Assembly (NCBI GenBank): GCA_000708835.1
Contig: DF236954.1
Coordinates: 450,842 to 514,841 of the forward strand
From: Klebsormidium nitens
Lineage: Eukaryota > Plantae > Klebsormidiophyceae
Length of the DNA: 64,000 bases
Direction: 5' to 3'
Position 1 is the first letter of the stretch, and every line of letters starts with the position of its first letter. Under the pieces are notes generated by a model. That model did no database searches and was not told where the DNA came from. It saw only the letters and a program-made list of their open reading frames with translations. A program made the translations under genes and the position numbers. Below, piece after piece: positions 1-10,695 of this stretch.

Positions 1-705
1 TCTTAAAAGCCCTTTATCAATACGGCACATCTAAGGGTACTATAAACGGCCACCAACGTCGCATCTTGCAAAAGGATTGCTAATGTTTTGGCTGACGTTG
101 AACAATCAATAGGCAGCGACCATTGACGCTCAATTCAACTTTACCTATCAATCTTGGAAAATTTGACTACAGCTCATTCCGATCCACAGAACTGGCAGCC
201 CCAGTAGGAAAATGCGTAGGGACACAATCTATTTAATCACTGTAAGCTGGGAACAACATTAGCGTCGCGTCTCTAATACTCTGGCAAGCAGGCCTCCCCA
301 ATCCACATGCACGGAAGAAAGCTATAACCACTGGGCAAATAATGCCAAGATCCCGTGTGGTCAGAAAACCAAGCAGATCCCGTCGACATGAGCAAATTCT
401 GATACACTCCTTCCCTTAAACCTTCTAACGCAGTCCCCTCCAGTCTCTGCACTCCTCCCCTTCTCCCTTTCCGTCCAGCGCAGGACCTCACATACACTTC
501 TTTCATTAGCTTTCTTTTTTCCATGTTCGTTTTTCCAATTCAATTTCAGAGCCGAGGAAAGCTTGTGAGTCAGGTCAATTCACATTTCGTCCAACTTTGC
601 CAACGCAGATTCTCAACGGGTGCGATTTGAGCTCATGACCAACTTCTAATGCAATATGAACAGTCAAATCCAGAATACTCGTCGAGTGTAGCCCACTCAC
701 CCGAC

Positions 706-3700
706 CGCCTCCCCGTCTCCCGCGCCCTTTCCCTTCTTCCCGGCTGCAGCCCCCGCCGGGGCGGCCGCACTCGACGTCCGCTCCAGACTGGCCGCGTCCA
801 AACCCTGAACGCCCGGCAGCGGCGGCAGCTCCCCTTCGTAACCTTCAAAAAAGCAGCGTGACCATTGTCAGTCCAAGGGTTGCACGCTTTGCGGCACGGG
901 AAGGATCCGAGGCTCTTTGGAAGGGCAAAGACATGGATTATTGTCGCTGCAAACTCACACGCTTTGCGCTGGGGGGAAAGGTTCATGGCTCTTTGGAAAA
1001 GGAGACTCTCACGTGGTACGGAGACGCGTTGAGAAGAGACGAGGTGATCCACGGAAACAACGGCAGGCTTTTCGTCCGACAAGGACTATGTCGAAGGATC
1101 CGTGAAGCTCTATGCGAGCAAAGCAACGGGGATTGTCCGTACAAACGGTAAAAGCAGACGGTGGGCACCCTGGAGCGGACCGATTGAGTTCAGGTGGGGC
1201 TGTCTCAGGAGGGAGACAACGGCGCCGTTGGCCGTCACCCAACAGATTCGTTGCTTTCACAGTCGACGCTTCGTTCAAGCACGTTCGTAAAACAGCATCT
1301 CGGTGCAAAGGACACTTCAGGAGACCGGCATGAGTCAAGTAGAGTATGAACCTTCCTCATGGAATGGACACAGTTGGCCTAAGTTACTAAAGTATTGAAC
1401 TTTTCATTGACAATCTACATTTAAGCTACTCTCAGCATAAATTGCTCGTGAACAATCTTTCATCACACGTCCCCGTTCGCCCTCGGTGTTAAGTTACTGA
1501 AGAGTTCAGAACATTGTAGACGAAACGGTCGAAACTCACTTTCAGCAGCGGCAGGATCGAAGTGGGCTGTGCTCGCTACCAGACCCGTGATTGCGTCCGC
1601 TCGGACAGTTGGAATGGGGCTCCGGACAAGGCATTTGTACGTGTCGGCAGCGGACCGGTGCCTGCCGTTGCGCAGCTTGAAGTCTGCGGCCTCGCAGGTG
1701 AGCGTTTGCACAATCTGAGCCGCGTCCACTTCGCCCTGTTGGAGAGGAAATACATTTTGAGCTTGGGCGTCTGCTTTGTCATTTTGATTCTTTTAACTTA
1801 GCGGATTGTTACTTTGGGATTTTCGTTTTTAAGGTCCTGGGATACTAGGGTCTCCGCGATCTGGGCGACGTCCGTTTCGCCCTGTGCACGAGGGAGTGCA
1901 TTTTTGGCTTGGGCGTCTGCTTGTCTTTCGGTACAAGAACGATCGCCCTGATTCCGGACGGGCAGGTCCAGAACTTGTATGGAACATGAGTAAGAGCTTA
2001 CTGAGAACACCAAGTCCCACCAGCTGACAGCGTCTCATATCGACACGCCTATCGGTCCAGATAGATAATAGCGTGTCGCACCAACCATAGCCTATGGCAG
2101 CAACCACAGCCTATCCGCCACTCACCATGTGCGAGTCCCACCAGCTGATTGCCGCATCAAGCGCCGCCTCTGCCCCGGTCACATCTCCTGACCGCTCGCG
2201 CAATGCAACTAGAGTGGCCACAGTGCCCGGTTGATGCTGGATGGAATCCACCGCCCCCAACACGTCCGCGGCTTTTCTGAAGTTTCCCGTGAGAGCCGCC
2301 GCTTGAGCTAACACCAGCTGCGCTGCTATCGAGCCGCCCTCGCTCTTTTCCTTTTGTTCCTGCAAAAGAAAAACAAACACGTTGAGCAAGTTCACACAAC
2401 AATGTCCAGTGGAACGAATGGAACGGGTTACAAGAAGGGTTAGCTTATTGAAGTTTCCGGCCAGGGCCGCCGCTTGGGCCAACACCAGCTGCGCTGCTAC
2501 CGAGCCGCCCTCGCTCTTCTCCTTTTGTTCCTGCAATAATGTGTGCAAATATATCTGAGCAGACTAGCCGAGGATGTCCCGAGGAACGGATGAAAAGACG
2601 GGTTGGCTTCTCAGTCAGCGTCGCAGCTTGGGACAAGACCCGCTGCGCTGGAACTGAGCCCCCGTCGCTTTTCTCCATTTGTTCCTGCAGAGAGAAGATA
2701 AGCGTCAAGCTCTTTCCTTTGATTCTTGCAGACCAAGTAGCCAACATGTCAAGCAAGATCAGCCGGGAGCGATCTGGAAGAAACGGTTTCCAAGAACCGT
2801 GACGTTTGTCATCTTGTAATCGTGGAAGTGGAAGTGGAGACGTCGACGGATCCGGCGAGGGGCAAAGATTTTGAAAAGTAGGCGACGAGAGGACGTGCCG
2901 GAATTTTCCAGTGCTCCTTTCCTCTCGTGCAGACAGTAAGCAAACAACCCAGCACAGTTTGAAGTGGCGGTAGGTGAGAATCAGCAAGCCGTCCGCCTTC
3001 TGGACCTTACTTCTCCCGACGCACATCTGTACGATAAAGACATCGCCTCCACAAAGACAGATGAGAAACGTTCTAACAATGTAGACACCTTACACCTCAA
3101 GTTCTCGTAAGCAACTCGTCCGCCTGATTGCCCTTCTTCTCCCAACGCACATTTGCCCAGGGAGACTGACAACCCTCTGCTACTCCGCAGGTACAAATCA
3201 GAGAAGCCTGGCGCCAAAACGAACCCCAAAACCAAACACACCGTGAGCAGCTCCTCTGCCTGATCAGCCTTCTTCTCTTCACGCAGGTCGGTAAGAACAA
3301 ACAAACCCGCCTCTGCTTCTCCGCAAACACAAAATGGAACTGCTCTACCATGGTAGAAACCTCCGCTCCTATCTATGAAAGCAAACAAACCCGCGCCCAA
3401 CATAAAACTATAAACAAAAACACCTGACTCAAAATTGAAATTCGAAATCAAACCCACCGTCAGCAGCTCTTCCGCCTGGTTCGCCTTCTTCTCCTGCAGC
3501 AGCAGTGCCGCGTGCAGCAGCGCGGGGGTGTCGTGGCCGGGGAAGGCCTCGTAGAGGGCGGGGACGAGCTCCCGCGCCTGGTCCAGCTTGTTGGAGTGGA
3601 GCAACAGCAGGAACCGGTTGAAAAACAGGGCCTCCTTCTGGCGCGGGCTCAGCTTGAGCGCGAGCGCGTCCGCAAAGCGGGGCTTGCCTGCGGCGTCCTT

Positions 3701-6700
3701 CTCAATCAGGCGGTCGAACCTGGGATCGGAAATCTAGTCAATGAATACGTGTTTCTATACGCTGTATCGATCTACCCTCGAGCAATTCGAGAGGGAAAGC
3801 GCTCAGTAGATACATCTTTTCTGGTATTGATCTGATGTTGGTACGACGCTGATTTAGGACTCCGGTTGACTTGGAAGGAGAAGCGTTCTTTACGATGTTC
3901 CGGGCTGAATGTGCTCGCAAAACGGGACTTGCCGACCGCGTCCGTCTCGATAAACAGGTCGAACCTGGAAGCAGCCACAGTGTGTAATCAAGTGATCGTT
4001 TTCAGGTGTTGACCTGGTGTCGATTATATGCTAAATAACTCCGGACATTCCAGAAGGAAAATCATTTCTGACGACGCTGAGGCGTGCTTTGTGTTCGCGG
4101 AACGGGGCTTCCCCACCGCGTTCTTCTCAAGAAGGGGCCGAATCTGGGAAAGGCGCGACGTTTAGTAGGTGGATTGGTCAGGCAATGGATTGCTCGAGAA
4201 ACGAAGGAAAGAAGGATTTTCCTGGGAAACTACATACTTCTCGTACTGAACTTGACAGGGGGTCCACCGATTCCTCTCATGTGCTCCTGCCGCTGCCCCC
4301 GCCCCTGCCATTCCGACAACCCGCCTATTTTGCGTCGCAACAATTGCGGCGCTTCATTCTTGTCGTCACCCAACATGCAGGAAAGAATGACGAAGTCCCT
4401 GCAAGCACCCAGACCAGCTACGATTTTCGGGTTCGCCCCGGCTTTGGTTTGATTGCACTTACCTTTTGAGCGAGTCGAAAAGGTCCTTCTTCCCCCGCAG
4501 CGTGATCAGGTTGTTGGACGCAACAGCAGCCGACGGCGCGTCCGACGGCCGCCGCTTGAGCACCCCGTGGTACCCCTCCATCGCCTCTTGTACCTTGCCC
4601 TGCACAGGTACCGCTCAGACTGTCACCTTTCTGTAATTTTTTATCATGAATCGTCTGCCAAAAAATGTCGGGGTGTGACATATTTGTCGAAGATGGTTTG
4701 AGGAGATTACTTTCATCATCTCCTGCGCCTTGCCCTGAAACAGGGACCGCATGACCCGAGAATCAGCATTTCACGATTGCCTGAGAACGACGCGCCGCTC
4801 TGACCTGCAGCTGTTGCCCATACGCCAACTGCTTTAGCGACCTCAGTTCGTCCTCCACTGGACTATTCTGAGCAACCTTCTCGTGACTCAGCTCCTGACC
4901 CAGCTCCAACCAATCAACTCAAAATGTCCAAAGCACTTTTCTAAAAACCCTCAGGATTTTGCCCCCCCTCAAATCGCTGCAAAGAACAAACGCCGAACCC
5001 ACCTGCAATTGTTGCACATACGCCAACTGCACCATCAGTGGCGTCAGCTCGTCCTCCACCTCCTCCTCCGGCAGCTCCTCCTCGATCAGCGTCTCCCGTC
5101 CGACCCTCTGCGCCAAAAGCAACAGCTCCTCGGCGCCCGGTAGATCCCCCCGGTCGATGCTCGCGCAGGCTGCGTTGTAGGCGAGGTCGAAGCTGTCGCG
5201 GGGGCGGATCTTGAGCCGGGTAACTAGGGCGGGGACTTCTTCCGACCGGCCCCCGGAGATGTACGCGGCGACGACGTTGGTCTTGACCTCGGGGGAGGCG
5301 GCCGGGGCGATCTCGAGAAGCTTTTCATACCTGTGGGAAAAACAGTTGTTGAGATCTGGGATCTTGAGAAATATTAGGCTGTTTTCTTGAAGGCCGGTGC
5401 GACAGTGCGGAGTCCTGGAAACAATTCAGATCTTTCTGTTCACTCTGATATTTCGTGACGTTCTGATGACAAATGGCGACGAAATTGACAACGGGGGACA
5501 CCAAAGAGGCAACCTAGGAAGGAGTCGATCCTGGTCGAAGGCGATGAACTGAGAGTTCCAGATTGTCGGGCTTTCGCGGGCTCTACTTTTTTTAAACAGT
5601 GGGAGGCTACAGAAGATTGGTTGCTTGGAACAGGATGCATGCAGGAAGGAGGCGAGCGGGTCTGATAAGGCTGCGTGTGGGGGGCGTTTCGAAGGTCAAG
5701 ACCAAAAGCACGTAAGAGTCAGAGAACAAACATTCAGCTCGCTTAGAAAGGAATATCAATATTGAAGAGTAGAAGCCCCCAGATCGACCTTTGAAGGTTC
5801 AATCTCCAAGGTTGACATCCGGATGATCTCAAATGCTCCAGAAGTTTGAAATTCAGTGGCAGATGACTCACGTGCTGATGCACTGCAAGTGCTCCCCCAT
5901 GCGATACAGCACCTGCCCCAGCAGCTGCAGCACTGCCTCCGTCGGCTCCGCATTCTCGAGAACGGCGCGGGCCTCCGTCAGGTGGTTGTTACGGTACAGG
6001 CAGTATGCCTGCAACAACAAAACAGGTTGGATGACTAAGACCCGTCCTCGATTGCACATCATTCAGCACAGACCATAAACAGAATGCAGTGGGCAAGACT
6101 ACTGTGGTCGATCAGTCGCTGTTCAAACAATGCAATGCCACCCACCTTTTCAAGCAGAAGAGGGGCGCCAGGGTTTGCCTTCCCCTGGATAAGGGCGATG
6201 GCGGCAGCGATCTCGCCTTGCTGGACCAGTGCAACCACCTTGGCGGCAAAAGCGTCCCGGTCACCGGGCGCCTTTGTGAGGACTGTTGGCAATTGAGTCA
6301 AGGGAGCGGACCAGTATCAAATGAGATCCAAACCTTTCGAACGATTGCGCCGCACGAAGATGCTTCCGAAAAGAAGACCAGGACATGAGCGTGCCAATAG
6401 TCCGATCCAATCTACATTGCCAACCTATCCGTGGTCACAACTTTCTGAGCAGTCTTGACAATCTGTAGTTGGCAACCATCGGACACCAAAGTCTGCAGCG
6501 CTAGAGCCATAGCATTGGACAAAGACGCTGCAGAGCCATAGCATTGGACAAAATGCAGAAAAGTATACAGAATACTAACCGTGTAGCCATATTGTGGCTC
6601 TTTGAGACAACAAGAGGGGAAGATACCCTCCGTATCATTACCAAGATATCAGTCACAGGAAGATCAGACAGAAGCAATCCAGATTTGACCTTCAAAGGAA

Positions 6701-6946
6701 CAGCACCACCTTTTTTAATAAAGCTCTCCCAATGCTTTCCAGAAGACCATCTCAGACAAAGACCTACGGCGATATAATAGAAGCATTCCGCTGCTTGTAA
6801 AGGATACTCTCATCAGCTGCCTTCACGACACGCTTGAACTCGTTCTTCTTGACATGGCCATCCAGTTTCGTGTAGAGATCCTCCAACGTCGGCCCATCAT
6901 CCCCCGGCGCCGCGGTGGCGGCCTTTTGTTTCCCCTTGGTTGCCAT
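706..6946 (-). CDS. SRP72: Signal recognition particle subunit SRP72 (3'-partial; last exon(s) outside the window)
   Basis: Phase-consistent GT-AG exon chain: 6946-6808, 6282-6146, 6008-5872, 5330-5003, 4599-4463, 3719-3458, 2359-2126, 1735-1540, 842-706 (alternative donor at 701). About 569 codons. Translation carries SRP72/TPR hallmarks: LLLEKAYCLYRNN, SFDLAYNAAC, LMVQLAYVQQLQG, AVASNNL, HQPGTVATLVAL, EAADFKLRNG, LPPLP. The C-terminal KKKK...PDPERWLP RNA-binding region was not found in 1-700. Confidence 0.9.
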
Positions 6947-8579
6947 TCTGCCGAGCTACGCCCTCCCTTTATGCGTACGTGGCGACCTGTGCCATGCTTG
7001 ATTACCAGATTACCTATCCTAAATTGCAGCCACCCAGACCCCTAGTGAGCGTCAGGAAAGAATGTTCTCCCTCAATGCAACGTTCTCAGGACTCACGCAA
7101 CACTCAAACAGGCCAGGTTGTGCGCGCGCAATTCTTTGCCGTCCGTCGGAGTGCGTGACGGAGGCAAACCCTTAGCATGAACCGATGCGGCCGCGCCGCG
7201 TCATGAAGCGGCCGGGCGGCCGCGCGGACACAGGCACTTAGCAAGCTTGCAAGCTTCATAGGTTCATAGGATCGTAGATTTAGCGCATCTGAAATCTGAT
7301 TGTCTGATGAGCCTGGCTGCTTGGCCTTCAACTACGCCTGCTGGACCGCCTGACGCGGCGGTCGCATATGAGTTCTAGGGGAGGTCACGAGCGTTGTTTT
7401 GAGGGGGCGCCCCGGGGGCGCAATATTTTGCTTTCAAGGTTAATCATACTTCAGGGATATTACTGCATTCCCGAACTGATTCCGCGAAAACTGAAGTAAA
7501 GCTCACCGATTTAGAGGTGAGGCAGTGTCCGAGCCCCTGCCGTCCCCCTGGTCCCCGCACGGTCCCCGTCCCTGGAAACTTCGCGACGAAATTCGCTGCT
7601 TTCATTCTTCGGGATGAAAGCAGCGCTTTTCGATATATGCTGCGCTTCGAAATCTATTATCTGGGACCGTCCGAGCAAAAACATGATGCAGGCCGTCGCA
7701 GCAACTCGTCGCAGGCTGGCAGTGACGAGAATTACAACACATGGGGACATGACAATCTGCCAGTGCCCCGATGCGTGGTCGCGACGAGCTAATCTGAACC
7801 GTTCAAGCATTCTGGCTTGAGACGCGCCATATATAAGCTCGAGGATAATTACAAGAGATAAACTTCTGCAATATTTTTGCACTTTTGACAGCCGGGCAAA
7901 GCGGCATGCAATCGAGTTCTGCTTGCATCAAGTATCGACACCTCATTGAGACGGCCAGATTGCATTGTACGATACTTCTCAATCAGTTTTCCCCTCGTTA
8001 CTCAGCAAGGACGCAGGCAGGTGGACACGGATCTGTGAATTCGTTCATTCAGTCGGACTCCCGCTTAACGTGAGGTTTACACGCAGGGCAGAACCGGATC
8101 AGTATAAGGTTTTACACCGCCGAAACTGCCACCTACATCTACACAATGGATCTTGACTTCGGCACAATACCCCATGACGGCTGTTGCACCGCTACTGAGT
8201 TTCCTTTTATGGTTTCCGACCTAACTTACCCCATTACCAACTTACTTCAAGCTTTGAGTTCATACAGCATTTGTTGTGGCAGTGAAGCTAGTGTTGGCGT
8301 TACAAAGTGCGACAAGCCCGTGAAGAACCGAAACGTATACTTTAATGCAGCAGCACTCTGACTGCAAACAAAGGGGCAGAAAGGTCTCTTTTGATTCAGT
8401 GCAGGAGGCTACTAGTATTAGTTCAGAACTGAGCGGCCAGCAAATCACACCCGAGGTGCAAACTCTAAGGCGGCTGGAACTGACAGCCAATCAGAGAGCT
8501 CAACACAGAGCTTTGCCATAAACTGTATCTCTTGTAAGTCCAGATTACGCATACCTACTGACGTCCAGTATCATCTTCA

Positions 8580-9777
8580 TCATCTGCCCTGATCATTTGA
8601 AGGAAGCGTTTCCCATGAAAGTAAGCGAATCATTGACCTTCGGATCAACGCCTGGTAAATATTCTCAAAACTCCACCTACTATCTTCGCCAATGATTTCG
8701 TATTCTCGGCCTGAAGTCTCAAGCTCGACGCTCCATTGACTTGGTGCAGTACTACTGTTTGTCGAATCTCCCGGGTCGTCCTTCGCAGGAGTTTCGGCTC
8801 TGCGATCTGTGGTGGCTTCAACGAAGAACCTGATTGTCTCTTCTTCTATAAAACGCTCTCTGGTAGGAACTAAGGTGCGCTCCCACGCGGAAAAAGAAGC
8901 ACCCCCCTCCTTCTTGTTAGCATCGTCGACTTGCAAAACGTGAGCAAGGGGTCGATTGTCGCCAGCATACAACCTCCGCCAAAAAGAACGCATGCCTCCA
9001 GGAACATCGCCGGCTTGCTTGCCACACCTTCAGCATACGTCCCTCTCAAAGTCAACCTCAAGGCTATTTCTTTGTCTTTTTCGGAGTCGCTATGGACCAG
9101 CTGTAAGCCCGAAGATATGCTGCCAAAACTGATCCACACCACATATATGCAGGCGACGCCCGACGAGCGCCCCACGGAAGCGTGGCCAGATTCCGTGCAT
9201 CTTCTGTGGCGGTTCCCCACAAGAGCAGTCGTCCCTCCAGCGTTCGTATCAGGAACAAAAAAGACATGTGAGATGATCTAGAGTCGTCTGCTAGGTCTTC
9301 GAGCTCCTTTCTCTTGATCATCCTTTCACCTTTGAGGATGTGGACATTCTGATCTTTCTCGGAAGCTATCTTTGCAGCCATCCTCTCTAGTGTTGCCATG
9401 CCATCATGTCTCTTCCCTGGAACTTGACCTTCAAAGAGCTTGACGGTCGGTTCCCTTGCCCAACGAGCTCGGACCAGATGCTTATATCCGCCAAATCGCC
9501 TCACTACCGTCTCAAGCTCCTCCGCTTGAGAGGTGTCTTGTGGCTCCTGCAAGCAGCCTTAAAAGGCCTGCCTCCACAGAGAAGGTTTGGAACATACGGC
9601 AGATTGAATAGTCTTACATGCACAGGAGACTGCTAGCAAGGAACAAGGGTCCTGCAGTGCAAGTTTGTTCAGAATAAGAGCAAGGAGCTCGTCTGGAAGT
9701 ACTTGCAGTCCTCCATGAACTGCAGAACTGGATCTCTTGGAGGGCTCCAGGGCAGTGAGCTGGCGTGTAGGCTGCAT
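8580..9777 (-). pseudogene. F-box protein pseudogene (in-frame TAA plus two apparent frameshifts)
   Basis: N-terminal F-box LQVLPDELLALILNKLALQDPCSLLAVSCACKTIQSAVCSKPSLWRQAF, then TAA at 9561-9559. The same frame continues as ORF 9552-9064. Further protein-like segments lie in the other two frames (9220-8870, 8993-8580). No obvious introns. Confidence 0.7.
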
Positions 9778-10695
9778 CAGGGAGCTGGAAAGCGCCTTAA
9801 TGATTCAAGGGCCTGCTCCCTTTCTCCTCAGGATTCCCGTCCCAAGGAGGTTGTGCCGCTTCACCGTTGAGATTGTAATCAATGGAACTCGCTTTGTTCA
9901 GGGAGCAGGCTAGGATCTAATTAGTCTTACAATCGGACCTTTCCACATGAACAAAACCAGCCGTACTAGAAGCAGTCAATCTGAATCGCTGGATAAGTGC
10001 CACGCGGCCGGCCTGCCGACGGTCCGACCAGCCAAGCAGGATCTGCCATCTGGCCGTCTGCCACGTGACGAGTACGGCACAATGCAAGGCGGCAGGAAGC
10101 GCGAATGCGCGCAATGATGCGTCCGCGCAAATAGGACCAGCTTAAGGGCAACGCAGGAGCCTCAAACCCTTCATGCGGTAAGATACAGGCCTCCAGCCAC
10201 GCCCGACAGCGCGGCCAGCCAAATATAAGATAAACGGGAAAATGAGGGAAAATTGTACTCCTGTTGCCAGCGTGTCACGCAAGCACTCCTCCAATCCTCC
10301 AATTATTCAGCTAGGGCCGGTCACTTGTACCGTACACGTCCCACTGCACATGCGTTCATCTCAGTGCTTGCATGACGATGCCCACGGATCCCATCGGCCG
10401 GGCCAGCTGGCATACTAATCATGATCACACCCATGAGCCGCACCCCGACATGGACGGTTCAGAATTAAAAGCGGCGTAGCTACTGAGCCTGTTTGCACAA
10501 CCATCCCGGCCAACGAGGATCACTTAAACAGTCGTCCTCAATATTGAACGCTTTTCAATATTCTCCGCAACACCTGTTCAAGGTCATGCCCGTGTTTCCG
10601 ACTCGACTAATGTACAGGTCTTGGCTATGTCGACTACGCTAAGAACTTGTGCCCATAACCTCGGCCATTGTGGAATGGGCGACAAGCAAAGACAA

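Noticed and set aside
1-700. Searched for the SRP72 C-terminal RNA-binding exon; K-rich ORFs at 273-543
   Set aside because: No PDPERWLP-type motif in any frame, so this is treated as intron and the remaining exon(s) as outside the window.
858-1340. ORFs and weak internal similarities (GGCTCTTTGGAA x2, CAACGGC motifs) in SRP72 intron 8
   Set aside because: Too short and degenerate to assign as echoes or as a nested gene.
3512-3835. Long GC-rich ORFs antisense to or overlapping exons (also 26033-26446, 35345-35617, 51199-51648, 60653-60937)
   Set aside because: Shadow ORFs caused by the strong GC3 bias of the real exons; no recognisable protein features.
706-6282. Four SRP72 exons are exactly 137 nt long
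   Set aside because: They share no sequence similarity and have different phases; most likely coincidence.
7510-7760. GTCCCC-rich cluster beginning TAGAGGTG, reminiscent of a hAT terminus
   Set aside because: No matching inverted end or TSD found.
9559-9561. Programmed readthrough of the in-frame TAA in the F-box ORF
   Set aside because: TAA G is a poor readthrough context and further frameshifts follow; pseudogenisation is simpler.
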